From Phoronis australis (Eukaryota; Animalia; Phoronida), in assembly GCA_002633005.1 (NCBI GenBank), contig NMRA01000420.1, positions 140,967 through 204,966 on the forward strand: DNA of 64,000 bases. Reading direction: 5' to 3'. A program made the translations under genes and the position numbers. Below are positions 38,901 to 53,119 of the stretch, piece by piece; position 1 is the stretch's first letter; every line of letters begins with the position of its first letter. Below the pieces are notes generated by a model. It was not told the origin of the DNA, made no database searches, and was given only the letters and a program-made list of their open reading frames with translations.

Positions 38901-40970
38901 CGTCTCCTACATGTCGGGTGTACATTGTCTTCATTTGTTACGTTATCTATCATGTCTGGGTAAACCTGCGTACTTCATTGATACCGTCTCGGACAAGAGG
39001 CGTTTGAGATTTCATTTTTTTACTCTCATGGTATCTAATACCATCCCGCACACTGGGCTATTTAGTTTCTTCGCACCTTTTTAAACGTAAGCGAATACAA
39101 CTCAAAGAGTTATCATTTGGTGATTGCAAAAGGGCGTCATTGATAGCAACGTAAGTGAAACCATCACAACCTCAAACCAAGCTAATAGGTGGGAGCTGAA
39201 AATAAAAAGGTTAACATTGCAGGCAGAAGTAACACCACGGGCAATACATTCAATCATACTTAATATTAATATCCATATATTTAATACGCTCTCAAACATT
39301 AGCGCATTAAATTCTCTGCCTTTGGAATAAGTCGATATTATGGAGCTTAAACTAGCCCCTAAACCAGACCATTAACAAATTAGTTGGGTATCAGACGAAG
39401 ATGCGGAAAACGCGCAGATAAGTAGCCTACTAGCCCATCTTTAACAAATAATATTATTTGTGATCGGCGTATCGCCAGCAACGAACAAAACTTTTATTGA
39501 AACAATTTCTTCTCCATAACTATTATAATAATAATTGTTTTTTCTAGCTTTTGCACTCCTGCGAATATCAACGTCTGACGAGAATGGCTTATGTCACCAT
39601 TACTGTCTCAGGCCAGTCCTGTTCCATTCCAACCACAGTCCCGTTACTGTTTCAAAACAACAAATACACTGCAAACAAAGTTGCACCAGCTAAATCAAGT
39701 CGTCTGCGTTTTCAAGGCTGACAAATTTTCTACACAACTGTCCAAACTTATAAGTAAAACTCCTTGTTTGGATACTTAGCAATGTCGATTGTAGCCTAGA
39801 GTGCTCTGATTGCGATGTGAGTATAGGTTGAGTCCGTCAATGCATTGAAGAAATGGCTCTACCACCTACCATGGCACTGATTTTGATAACGCAGGTGGAG
39901 CGTCAACGGACTCCATTCCTAGCACATTAAAGAAAGCCTACACATCCTTGATTTTAAAGCCTTCTCCTCTTTGTTTAACTCTAATAGGCCTACGTCCAGA
40001 AACCCTAGCCCTGGTTAACGCCGATTTTCCTTTTTCATTTTTGAATGTCATTCTAGAGTTTCTTCGTTCAGCAATGTTCACTGACGATGTTTTGAGTTAA
40101 GAAACGAAACGTATGGTCTCTGTATATAGTGATATAAATATATCGTTCACTAAACCGCTTGTTATTTGTTTTCTAGCATGGTAATGTAATATTTCACGAG
40201 TTCGTCGCCGCCAAAAATGTATTGAAATAGATAAATGATGTGCACGAAAAGTCGCCAAACTAAGTAGAGTTCATCAGTAGCTGTCTTGAGGGCTAGAAAA
40301 TTACGTGTTCTCATTTAAAACACACAGCAATATCTCGCGCAAACTCGCGACGTCTTTCTTTTCTAGTGAGGTCCCAGCGTTACCGAATTCTGCTCTGATT
40401 TGATTCTTATATTCTCTCGAAACTGGTAATGCGTTCTTTGACGGTTTACCATATTTCTATATGTTAGTCATATGTACATGCAAATGTTTTATTTTTTAAG
40501 AGATTTCAACCTAGTATTCCGGCTGTTTTTTCATTTATCCATTCATTCATTCAGTGCTTGCTTCTTATACAGCGCTTAATTACTATGAACACAAAGCTCG
40601 CTTTACCGGAGGCGAAAAAACGTTTGCGCGATGAAGTCTCACCCTGCAGTGGATGGGATGGGGACGCACTCCCCTGCTCACAGGCATTTGAGGTCCACCT
40701 CAGCAGAGAGATGTTTTTTTCTTTTCAGAGAGATTGGTGGCGACTGACCACCGGGAAAATAGTTTTCATTGTTTACAAGACTTACGAAAGACAAAGCAGT
40801 CAAATCCTTATAGTCTGCTTCGTGAAAAATCTTTTGCCGATAACTAAAACCAAAGACCGGTCAAAAAGAATTTAAAATAAATTTGCAATTGTTACGAATT
40901 ATTGAAATAAATCCGTGCCCATGTCGCTTCTGTACCAACCCCTGGACTTTTTGGAGTCATCACTGAAAAT

Positions 40971-41636
40971 TAGGGCTGCAACCTGTATCCGAAATAATCG
41001 AAAGTTGGGCAGTCTAGATCTGTCGGTTCGGTTCCGATCCATAGATCTTTGTTTTCGGTTCGGTTATAAGCGCCACCTAAAGGCCAGTATGTGTGCTAAA
41101 GTGAATAAATAACCACCAAATGTGTCTCGTTTAGTGACTAAAATGTGTCCGAAAACACTTTTTAAACAGTTCGCATGGCTTTTGCCCATAAAGTGAGACT
41201 TTTGGAGGCCAGCAAGTTATTTCAAAAGTTGGTGTTCTGCGATGAAATATGAAGTTAATGAAACACTACAAAAATTTAAAATTATATTGGTATTCATTTG
41301 CGATTTACCGAAGAATACAATTAGATGAACTAGTAAAAGCTTTCTTAAATGGTTACTGTGTGAAGAAAAAAAAACGGCGTCCCGCAGGAGGACTCCAGTA
41401 TAAAATATTTAAGTTTCTGAGAACAAAGACGTATCAGTCTGAACTCGCTGTGATCTAAACAAAAAATATTCATCAGGGAGTACTCCAGCGATGTCAAATT
41501 CTTAGAAACGGTTCAAAGTATTCAACAAACTAAGTCGGATAAATATCAAATAAACAATCTTTGGAACTGAACTGCCAGAACCGACGCTAAATCGAAACCG
41601 AATAGATCCGAAAAACATGGAACCTTTGCAACCTTA
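40971..41636. mobile_element. hAT-like MITE
   Basis: TIRs tagggctgcaa / ttgcaacctta, subterminal (tcggt)n and (accga)n motifs, and a degenerate 8-bp TSD ctgaaaat / ttgaaaac. Confidence 0.65.
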
Positions 41637-42217
41637 TTGAAAACCCCAAACCTAAGAGACTATTTAACAGTCATGAGCATTTTATTTCGAAATCGAAGCT
41701 TTACAATCTATTATTTACACCAAAGACAAAAATGAAGAACCATTAGAAATATTTCCATCTAGACATGTTCTTCATTGTTGCCATTCGCGTTATTTTATAA
41801 ACTATTTTTCCTGAAAGACGAAATTCCATAATAATGCAAAGCAGCGAACCTGTTGGCCAATTCTGATTAGCATATGCAAGTTCAGAATACGAGGACGAGT
41901 AATACAGAAATCGTTTCATAGCTGTCAAGTTCAGTGTGACGTGACGTCATTGGGCCCTGTCTGTACTTGATATCATAATGTCAGTTTCGCAAAAAACACA
42001 TAAGTTATCTGTGTAATTCCAAGTTGGTAATTATAAGTGAGCCACTGTTCATGTATCGTTTTAGATAACTCAGCGTTTTACGATTTTTATAATTAGGTAC
42101 TGAGGAGTCGGGATTTTGACCATCTTCCGTTTTGACATTGTTTATGTCCCAGACAGTCTCCCAGCGGCATTGTGATTGTAGTTATGGGGCAGTGCCTAGT
42201 GGGCAACGACGATGACA

Positions 42218-42438
42218 TGTGTGTGTGTGTGTGCGCGCGCGCGCGTGTGTTTGTGTGTGTTGCGTGTGTGTGTGTGTGNNNNNNNNNNNNNNNNNNNNNN
42301 NNNNNNNNNNNNNNNNNNNNNNNNNNNNNNNNNNNNNNNNNNNNNNNNNNNNNNNNNNNNNNNNNNNNNNNNNNNNNNNNNNNNNNNNNNNNNNNNNNNN
42401 NNNNNNNNNNNNNNNNNNNNNNNNNNNNNNNNNNNNNN
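42218..42438. repeat. (GT)n/(GC)n microsatellite running into an assembly gap (N 42279-42438)
   Basis: Seen directly. Confidence 0.95.
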
Positions 42439-42649
42439 GGTGGGATGAAATTGGTAAATGGTGGTGAAAGTCACTTAATTAGTGACGACCGACGAGGAGT
42501 GAGGCGGCGAAATTTTGACCACCGACTGGTGGCGAGCGCGGACGGAAGCCAGGGTTTTTCTGTCCCGTGCGACTTTGGTCCTGCCTACGCTACCGGAATC
42601 ATGTGAAAGTTGCTTGCGCAGTCACTCTTGCGTGTACTTGCTCACATTA

Positions 42650-42887
42650 CATGCGCGCACCCAGGCTAAAAAATGGGGGTCTCGAATTTTGGAGAATGTG
42701 GACCTTTTACTAAGATTCACGGGGCACATTCAGAGCAATGAATTGGGCATTCGCCGAATTTTGGTTGTTCCTGCCTTTTTAGTGGACTTTTGGCTCGTTT
42801 TCTACTTTTTTCGAAGCGGACCTTTTTGCCCACTTCCCCAATAGGGGGCTCGTTCAAGCCCCACGAGCACCCCTGGGTGCGTGCGTG
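42650..42887. mobile_element. MITE, catgcgcgcaccca family, copy 2
   Basis: catgcgcgcacccagg...cctgggtgcgtgcgtg; interior is the reverse complement of the 16038 copy. Confidence 0.8.
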
Positions 42888-43514
42888 CGCTATAACACTG
42901 TACATTCTCTGAATGGCGAATGTCTTGTCATTTGGCCTAGCTGCGAACCAAAATCTGAGTAGAACACGCGCCAGGTGTTCCGCCGGTAATTATCCTTCTA
43001 GTGTATACAGAAATCAGTGTTAAATATAATTACATTTAGAACTGACATCAGCTAAAAGGCTTTACACTATTGGTGTTAGTTGAAAAAACTTTCTCTATTA
43101 AGCGATTTCTGCACAAGTTTCTTGGTCGGACCTCAACACTCCACCACTACCTGCGGCCTCCCACGCCTGTCTGCACTGAAGATATAAGAATGATGGCACT
43201 CGAGCCTTACACATACCAAGGTCACTGACATTATATGTGTTGGCACGCAGTCCTTTACCCAAAATAAGCATTAATAAATACAAATAAGATCGCTTGTTTT
43301 ACAAAATGATCTACGTTTAATCACAATGTTTGTAATACAACTGCATTTTCGACGTTTTGAACCACTTGTATTTATGACACGGTGTAGCATTTCGTCAGGA
43401 TTCAAATTCTCGCCGCTAGGTTAGTTGGGCATGCTCGCCACTAGGGGCACTAGTTTCACGACCAATAACCAGGAGACGGTTTCACTAAGGTGGCACTCAA
43501 CAGTTATGCTGAGT

Positions 43515-43985
43515 TGAGGCTTGAAAAACCAGGTCGAGTCAGGCCCAACAGCCTGTTCCACAGGATATAAACAGCCTGAAACATAGTATAATGGGCCAAA
43601 GTCTTAAAAAACCTTGCACAAAGTCTATTAAAACTAATTCCAAAGTCAATTTTCCACCTGTTACCACTACCGGAAGTTCAGCCGGCTGCTTAAAAAACGA
43701 GCAAAAATACGCCAAATCCGCAGTTTTCACCCCGAAGCCACAATTTGCATGCAAGAACTGAGAGGCAGTTCGCACAGACTGACAAAACTCTCCATATTCC
43801 AGAAAAGTGGGTGTCGACCAGGTTACCTGAATTTCCAGCTAAATTTCAACTTCCCGCCGTAAAGGTCCAAGAAAAGCCCAGTCTGAGCAAAAAGTGGGCC
43901 AACGGTCAACAGCTGACAATCTTTCCCTCAGAACAGATTCAAAAATCAAGCAAATGCCATTCGTAGCCTTCCCACACACCACAGA
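43515..43985 (+). repeat. Dispersed repeat family A, copy 2
   Basis: Diverged inverted copy of 200-720. Confidence 0.8.
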
Positions 43986-46064
43986 ACGTGATATGCCCAG
44001 CCAACCCTGCAAGCGCCGAGCGGATTTTTAATGGAATTGGGGAAGCTACTGAGATTCAGCCGTGACTTAAATAAACAACTATTGAGTGCCACCTGAAATG
44101 TAGCTTTGTGACCTTTTTTGCTCATAGTCTTAGCGGAGGATTACCAACAGTCGTTTTTGGTGCGTTTGTAAACATTGGAAAGGTAGACCTGAGATATCTT
44201 AACGACACTGTCCTCAACACGTCAAACTGCAAGACGACTTAGTGAGAACTCTTAGGCCAGTGGCTTTGATAGTCAAAAATCAGCCAATTTGTTATTTGCC
44301 TTTTCTAGACATTAGATTTTTCTGAGCATGTTTGCAAACTACAAACGGTCTTCAATTAGGCTCAAAGAGGCTCTGTTGATGAGACACGGGCGGAAGGGTT
44401 ACTATATGATTAACTAATAAAGCGCACGATGATAGTCGACTTGAAGATAGGCTTATAATTAACAACCATTAAGGCTGAAGAGATACAGTAATTCATACTG
44501 CATCTAAGTGACTCGCTACCGATTAAAGACTTAGGAAAAATAATTTGCAACACAATAGAACCTATCGACGCATAAAGGTCTTGGTCCCATATATCGCAAT
44601 TACAGTGAAATAGGTACAAAATTGATTGGTGACATTGAGTACATCAAAGGCGTGTGATTTCTTCTCTAACATTTGACAGTTTTCACCATCCTATATCATT
44701 ATCTGGTTTGAAGAATTCTTTTTATTTCTGACTCCGCGTAAATAACGTTAAGTATGTTCACTAGGTTGGAACTATTGAAAGTCTTGTGCACAACCGAGAC
44801 GGTAATCTTGAAGTACTACAGCTGTAGCTGCCATTTTCAAACACCTGTCGCTAGGTGGAGGTAGTCATGCTGTTCCAAACCGAATCTGAACAGCCGATAT
44901 CACCCTTCAACCCTATTTATTGCCTCTCCCTGTTTCGTGTACAAATATCCTGAAGGGTTTCCTGGTTTTATTACCATAATCGAGAAAATGAAAGACAATA
45001 GGGTAGGACAACGATGAATACGAAACACATCGTCTTTGTACACGAATGGTATTCAGGCGATGACAACTCAAAAGAGTCAGTTGATTGGTAACGTAAAGTA
45101 AGCCTAGGAACCAATATGAGCACACACAACGATATGCATTAAACAACTACATTTGAACAGTAGACTGGATGGAAATACTTCACTAAAATTGCAAGTCTCT
45201 CTCTTTCATTTTTGGCTCCGAACATGTAAATCATTGGTTACCCGAACAAAAAAGTTGTGACCTTGATCTTAGTAATACACGTCAGTAGTACTGGTAATAA
45301 AAATAATTGCAGGCGATCTGGTACTCGTTGTACCAACCGTGCGGCGCTCAAGTGAGCGCATGGCACTGATCACCTGCAACCATTTTTATGCATTGTTAAT
45401 AAAGTTAAAACGGAGCTGAGGAGCTAGAGACCTAACTCAAGGGTGTAGCAATGTGCCCCAGTGGGACTCCAACCCAATGCCCTTGAGTAAAGGAAGCGAA
45501 CTACTGCCTGATTGAATTAAAATTAATTATAAATGGAACAGATCAAAGAATATCAAAAAAGCTAAGTTTATCAGCAGGTAAGCCTGATTTTGGGGGTGTG
45601 TCGGCTTCTCAAAGTATTTGCACTCAAACGTTATCGGGATGAGGATATGATATCAGACGACCGCCATAAAGCAGACGTTGATAGAGCAGTTGCTCAAAGT
45701 ATGGAACAGCCTGGCCACCAGGCAAATCATCAACAAGATCTCGACAAGGGTTGCTCCCGTCACTTTGTCGTAATCGCAAAAACTTGCTTGCAAGTCCAGT
45801 TACAAATATCGACTAGGCGCAAAACATACAAAATTCTGGCTAAAACCGACGGAAGTTTGTCTTTTGTTTTGACAATGGCTAAATTGCCAAGTAGTTCGGG
45901 CAAGAAATTCCTCCAATTTGGCAGAGTCTGACAGAATTCTAATTTATTTTATCTTTAGATTTATTGAGTGAATATTTCAACAATGATCATACCGAAAGAC
46001 AAAAGGAGCCAAAGGGTGTTTCACAGATAAATCGCAAGAACACAGCTGCGTGTATCTATGACGT

Positions 46065-46317
46065 CATGCGCGCAACCAGCCTTTAATATGGGGGCTCGAA
46101 TCTCTCTGACAAAGTGGACCTTTTGCGGGAGGACTAAAAAAATATAAAAAATGAAAAAACGGGGCACCGCCTTCAGGACTGTGAACTGTGCGTCTGCGCC
46201 TTTTTAGTGGAATTTTGTCTCGTTTTCTCGGATTTCTTGTTTCTCTGAAGCGGACCTTTTTACTCACTTCGCCAAATGGGGGGGGGGGTTCATTCGAGTC
46301 CCCCGAGTGCGCGCATG
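46065..46317. mobile_element. MITE, catgcgcgcaccca family, copy 3
   Basis: catgcgcgcaacca...gagtgcgcgcatg; shares gtggacctttt and gcggaccttttt blocks with copy 2. Confidence 0.75.
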
Positions 46318-46649
46318 GACGTATAACTAACACGAAGTACATATATACCGTCTATCAAAAATTCAAAGGTCCACTACACTTGCTCACATCCGCCGCCAAG
46401 CTAGCTAGTCAACAGTCTTTATCAGCAGGAATATATTGATCCAAAATGCCTAGTGTGCCAAAGTTTAACCATTAATTCGCAATATTTTATTCACTGAAAT
46501 GAATGTGAACATGCTGCATGTCATTTTGCGGTGATCAACTCAGAAGTAAGTACGTGGTGATACAGCGGTGCAACAAATATAGCACCTATCGGTTAAATAC
46601 GGATTTTCCGAAGTATTTCTTCATTTGACGTAACAATTATGCACGTTAA

Positions 46650-46935
46650 TTCGTTTTTATTGAAATTGTGCGTTTTGTTTTTCACAGCGTATATTTATGT
46701 CAGTGCAATGCGGTTTGTTGAACATGAGATTATTGCGCGTGCTCATTTAAGTATTCAATTTTCACGTTCGATGACGTCAGCTGCTGAGTGGTGCAGTAGT
46801 AAAGTCGACGACTCGAAACTCTTGCGGACCGGGTTCGAAACCGGCCTCGATTTCCCGCCAAAATGTTATCTAAATGGATTATTGGCCATTCGAAGCTGGT
46901 ATTGTGGTATAAGTGTTTGTTATACCATGTATACA
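46650..46935 (+). mobile_element. Repeat with an embedded tRNA-like segment, copy 1
   Basis: tggtgcagtag (A-box-like)...gggttcgaaaccgg (B box)...cccgcca at ~46783-46860; inverted copies at ~47595-47760 and ~48335-48630. Confidence 0.75.
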
Positions 46936-47594
46936 CAAAACGTAATGAGAGTGGCGTAGATGAGGAATGCATACTATCCCACCTCCGAAGGTCAAAGCCA
47001 AGTGGGATATTACTTCATCTACGCCAATCGAGATACGTTCCGTATTTATTCCATACTCTTCTTAAGTTTCTTTCATTTTTCGGCACATTTTTCCAATATT
47101 TCACCCAGACTGTTTACGTGGCGGATTACATCCTATATGTAAGTACATGCGCGTTATGCTTCAAGTTTTCTCTAGTAAAAGTAAGTTTTAAATGTAACGA
47201 TTCATTACTTGAAAAGAGAAAACAAAAGATGATAAGAGCGGTAATTGTGCATTGAACTTGTAACATTTCTTGAAAATAATTAAATAAAATTAATTTCTAA
47301 CATTGAAAATCGGCACCTGAGTTGCAGACGACGTAATACTTAACAAATAAAACAGAATTGTCATATAATTATAGTTTTGTACCAGATTTTATATTTGGGA
47401 CCTGATTGCATGTTGAGTGTTATTCATACTGCTGTAATTTTATTATTTTAAACTAATTTGGGAAAGTTTGATGATCGAACTGGCTAACGACGTCGAGTCG
47501 AGTACATTGACATAACTTTTGAATTTTCCATGGCACTGTTAAAGTGGCCGTATTGCACTCGACTTATTAAACGCGTATAGGATAAACAAATATA

Positions 47595-47760
47595 TTCATA
47601 CCACATTATCAGTCTGACATGGCCAATAACCCATTTAGTTATTCAACACGTGTTGAATAACATTTTGGCGGGAACCCGAGGCCGGATTCGAACCCGTTCG
47701 AGCCGTCGACTTAACCGCTACGTTATTCAGCAGCTGACGTCATCGTACCTGAAAATAGTC
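47595..47760 (-). mobile_element. Repeat with an embedded tRNA-like segment, copy 2 (partial)
   Basis: Reverse complement matches ~46760-46930. Confidence 0.75.
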
Positions 47761-48334
47761 CTCATCTCAAAGAGTAATCTAGTTCAAAAACTTTAAAAAA
47801 TTTACCATATTAAGTAATATGAAATATGGTATAATGTTTACTTCCTTTATGGTATCAAACTAAAAGCCTATTTCGCTGCTCGGACACGACAACCGGCGAA
47901 GTGATTCCCGGGGAGTTGCCGTGACACTTCGCCGGGAAAATAATAACTTGCTAAATTGACTTTAATTTTCAAATTATTTGGGAAAATATATTTTAAAACC
48001 TAACAAAAACTTACAATAAATACCTCTGTTGTCTAAATACAAAAATCCGCGATTGAAAACACAAACGGTGGAGGAGAGTGTAGTAAACTGTAGTTTACGA
48101 GCTGAATGTCGGCGATGCAGTGTAAGGAGCATGACGCAGTATTTTTAATCTCTTTGTCATACGAATTTCACTCATTCAAGGCCTGGGCAGCAGAGATGTC
48201 CACGTTGTCCAGGCAGTCGGGCTCCGCCGACTAGTAACTTATACAAATGCTTCTGGCTTAATTGGAACTACTTCTTTTTCAAAATCCACTCAGGCTCTAG
48301 ATCACGGGGATAACGACTTCGCCATGTAATAATT

Positions 48335-48630
48335 TATATTATACCACATTATCAGCTTCACATGGCCAATACAACCGTTAAATAACCGATTTAGTTATTC
48401 AACGTGTGTTGAATAACACTTTGGCAGGAACCCGATGCATGTTTCGAACCCGCTTCGCTAAGGTTCCGAGCCGTCGAGTCAACCGCTGCGCCATTCAGCA
48501 GCTGACGTAATCGCACGTGAAAATAGAATACTTAAAGGAGGACGCGCAATAATCGCATGCTCAACAAACGGCATTGTACCGACATTTATACGCTGTGAAA
48601 ACTAAGACGTACAATTTCAATAAAAACGGC
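48335..48630 (-). mobile_element. Repeat with an embedded tRNA-like segment, copy 3
   Basis: Reverse complement matches ~46650-46930 along its full length. Confidence 0.78.
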
Positions 48631-51600
48631 ATTTTTAATTCAGTAAAATTTTTCTGTCATTTTCTCTCACTTGTGAATCAACAATCTCGAGTTTAAATGC
48701 GGGTAACATGTCGGGATTCATTGACTTGGATACTATACTCAGTAACCAATGGTAGTCTACTTTAGCAGACGATATTTTCACGTTGGTAGCTCAGCACAAT
48801 AAGATGTGTAGTAACCTTGACTAGTTGCTTAGAACTTATTTTATAGAGTTTTTACTCGAATGCTTACTGAGCTCGAATCTTGAGCCATCAAGTACGAACT
48901 TGGGTTACATTCTCTTCTGCATAAATCATTATGTACATGACCACAGAAAAATACACCCTAATCTTGAATTTGCAAAAACGTTGAACGGAAAATGACAAAA
49001 ATTATTGCGAGTTCGATCTCGAGTAAACACTTTAAATCCTAGCACATGGATGTGAATAATACTGGCGAGTGTCATTACGTGATTGGGTTTTAATTGGCCT
49101 TTCATGGATATCGAAAATCGATGCGTGCGCATCCTAGAATGTACATTTATTGGGTACATGTCATCCAATCCAGAATCCAGAAAGCGTTACGCATGTGATC
49201 GTCTGCTCTCTAAGTTGGCGGTTGATTTTGGATGCCAAATGTGACCTGTTTACTCGCATCCATGATAAAGGGAACTTCTAGTTGCTTGAAATACTACTAA
49301 TGAGACAATGATTTTCACGTTTTTCTGCGTCTACTAGCTGTGCTGCTTTGGATGTCCAGTAGTATCCCAGAACCCCGTGCTTACGACGTATCATCCGTAG
49401 ACGGGTCAAAGCGTGGGGATGTCATGCAAACATTCTCGTGATCTTTCCGAAACCGGAAGAAACTAGTGCTGGTTGTTGAGAGATCTAGCTGTTACATTTT
49501 CCTTCTAAGTTCCATGTTTTGTTACTCAGAACCCTTAGCTCAAATCTCTCTTGGCCCCTGTATGCTCTAACAAGCTTAAACTGGCGAACGTCGCATGATT
49601 AGACGTTACAGCTAATGGCAAAGACTCACGAAGGCGATGACAAATGTGGTCCAAAGTGAGCGTAAAAGATCTTGTATAAATTCACGCAGACCATTTTTAT
49701 GAATAATTTGACATGATAATGGAGGGGTTTTGGAAACATTTTTCAAATTACTGCGAATCAAATTGACGTTGGCATGAAACAGTCTCAAATGACGTCAGAA
49801 TGATCCAGACAACTGTACTGGCGAAGAGGAAGCATAAATTTGAATTGTTCAAGCAAATTCCTTGATATTGTCTGCATTGGGTTTCAATATAGAACAAACA
49901 AGGGTGGGTGGTTCTTTTGCACAGTTCATTTGTCCAAGCGGTCTTTGTCGTTCACAATGTAACTACAGCAAATTTTATGCCTTTTACACACAGGCATATG
50001 TAAAAGAAATGTAATTGGTCGTTTAACATGTAGCAGTCGCCTGATTAGTATCCACAAAATGTACGACGTGACAAAGTGACACTCACTTAGCATATCTGTA
50101 AAACGTTTAGCTAAAACAGGGACCTAGACCTCTAAAATGCACTGACAATTTGATTAAAAAACAAATTATCACGTGACACTCTTCGAGTAACTCCAATGCG
50201 CTATTTGCTGGCAGTCCCGAGGGCCAGACTCAACTTGGACCCCAGACTGGACTGGCACGCATTATTCGAGTACATATTGATCAGTTTACTCCAACTAGTC
50301 AATTTTGAGAAATTATATCCCGAGTAAGTCTCGTGTCACCACTTAAGTGAACTAATTATCGGCCAAAAGGTGACGTCATAAACAGAATTAGAACTTATGA
50401 CGAAGTCACGTCACTGTTATTTTGACTTTTGTTTACCGAGATTGGTTACCCTGTGTAGTTTTAAATTGAATTTAGTAGAATTCAGGTTAAATGTTCAGAT
50501 TTTTAACTTTAGTTTGATGGCCTGGAGAGGAGAATGCCCAGTGCAAATTTACCGTTCAAAGGTTTGTTCTCAAACCTGTCCAAAACGCCAATCCGGACTA
50601 AAAAATGTACGTTGGGTAGATAAACAGAACCCAAGCAATGGAATAACACCTTATAATAATACTCAAAGATCCTTTACAAATTAGTCAACCCAGCAGAAGG
50701 ATTATATTCATGTTTTACTAAGATAGGTAGACATCAGCAGTGTATAATCGTATTCCCAATATATTGGAAGTCTAGCATGATTAGATGACAGAACCCCTGT
50801 ACCCGAGTGCATGAAATGGTTCCAAACAGAACTTTAACTAAGCTCCCCAAATTTGCGTATTTGTATCGTTGTTTTCTCTCAGGTGTTATCTTAACCCTTT
50901 CATTTTATCTTTATAATGAACTCCCTGTTTGACTAATGACATTTTCTTATAATATATCTGAAAATAAATAAAGATTTAGTCCTTAAATTAGGGGTAATCC
51001 ATAAAAAATCTCTTTTTACTTTCAGTATTATTGAGAATTCAACGTGGAACTATCTTTCAGTTTGTATATCAAAGCCATTTAACAGGCCTACGGGAAATGG
51101 AATTTCAACTTTGAGCAAACGCGGTCATACAAATAGACAATAATTTAAACGACCAGTATGTAATAATAGAATGATGTTTCTCCGAGTATAATGACAATGA
51201 TAAAAGTATGACGCAAGAAAGGTAGTTTGACACCTCGAATTGAGCAAATTAACAAACATGTGAGGAGGAAGTTTATTTGCTTTATTAACCTTCTACAATC
51301 ATATAATGACGCGCCTTCATTGTTGATTATTCCATCAAATCGAGCAACTCAAGCATGCAAGGCCGCCGAAAAAATAGCATAATTAATTCTGCTCAGCCCA
51401 TCACTCATTCTGAAACCAGCGATGCACTGTTGAAAGAATCATTATCCTTTTTAGTTTTTGAAGTTATTAGCTTTCACCGGAGTTATAAAGTAACAAAATC
51501 CGTTGTGTTGTGTTATTTCATTGCCAATTCTCGCTGTTGCCTCACTGCCGGATATTCAAGGCCAGTTAAGTGTGACGCTTACAATAATTTATTTTTTAAC

Positions 51601-53031
51601 GAGGCGGTTCACCTCCGACTGCAACCTCTGAAGTTACATGTTCGAAGCCATGCTGAGGCTTTCATCAACAATCACTTTTCTCCCAATAATGCCCTCACTT
51701 TTTAGCGAAGTTCTTTTCCATTTCTAGAAGCTACACAAACGTACGTACATAGGCCTATAAGCTAGTTTTTTATCGAAATGACTTGGCAACTTAATAATCC
51801 GAGCACAGCCACAGAAATCGCTTTCACATTATACCCAGGTTCTCATTCACTCCCTTGCAACTCAGCAATACTCACCTCATTCGAGAGCTTATAATAATTA
51901 GCCATTAAAAACAAGTATGCGTTCCATAAACGCAATAATCTCGCGAAAACGCATGATCACGGAAGACTTCGCGATATGCCGCCATGTATTATTACGAGCG
52001 AAGCGCGTGATGGCAGTAACTTTTCTTGCAAGTGTCTTAGGTCCACGGAACGCTGCCCCTGCTTCAAAAGGTAAGTTTTGGGGCTGTTGAGCCGCAGCGC
52101 CCCCACCGCCTTCCCCATCGACAGAACTACACGCAATAATCACGGGCGTCCCTGCTTCACTAAAAGCGACCCACTTCAGCTCGCACCAGGTGGCTTTTTC
52201 TTTTTGAAAAATCATGGAACTAAAAAAAGAATGGAATACAACGGCAATTTTTAAGTTCATTGAAAGACCAGAACCATTTACGCTTTTTCGACATGTAAGT
52301 TTAAGAGAAGTAATGAACAACTTTCCAGCAGTCCTGCAGAGGGCTCCACGGTACCGACGTGGCGAATTCTGGGAACGACAGTGCACTGTATCGTGTCAGC
52401 GTTGTAAATGTTTTGACACGCTTGTCAGATCAGTAATTACGATAATAAAAAGATAGTTGTTTGACGAGATTACGGAAATTATTACCCTATTAAATAATGA
52501 CACAAGAGTGGCGAGGAAATATGAAGCGCCAGTCGATATCTCAAAGGAAATGAGAGTTCAAAGTCACACTGATTGTGATACTAATGTAAGAGCGTAACGA
52601 ACATATGTTCTGCGTGACGTGTGAAAATGACAGTGCTATTACTTGTGCATAGACACAATGTGTGCTCACGGATTATATTTTCTTACCCACTAGGGGAAAT
52701 ATTCACGTTTTATGTTATATTACAGTAGATGTAACACTGCCATTACTTCAGCGAAACAAGTTGGAGGGAGCCTTTGTGACTAGTTGTTTTTAGTTATGCT
52801 TGATACAGTCATGTGTCTGTTTAATAGTCTAAATGTTTATTCTGACGTCTTCAAAAAAAGACTCACAGATACTCCAGGAGTCCAAATACTATACGATTTC
52901 AAAACATCGCAACCTTCTGAGGTTTAGTCTCCTACAGCAATTTTGGTCGTTGAATGACAGTTGGAATGTAATGGTTGGTCATCGGAACAGTGATCACGAA
53001 CTCACACTTCACACTTCTTTTTACAGGTATT

Positions 53032-53119
53032 ATGGAACTGACAAGTTTACTCGTGCTGTTCATTTCTTCTGTGCTGGCGCTGTCACACTCAACCATTGGC
53101 CTAGAAACAAGTCACCTAG
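53032..53119 (+). CDS. LFRFamide/RYamide (sNPF-type) neuropeptide precursor, signal-peptide exon
   Basis: Acceptor ctttttacag|53027 and ATG at 53032. MELTSLLVLFISSVLALSHSTIGLETSHL is a hydrophobic signal peptide. Donor GTAACA at 53120 is phase 1, matching the downstream exon. Confidence 0.85.

Noticed and set aside
46783-46860. Functional tRNA gene
   Set aside because: A/B boxes are present but the stems do not close into a cloverleaf, and the three copies differ by indels.
51898-52386. 162-aa minus-strand ORF
   Set aside because: No recognisable homology or convincing splice context; GC-richer DNA upstream of the neuropeptide exon, more likely regulatory or chance.
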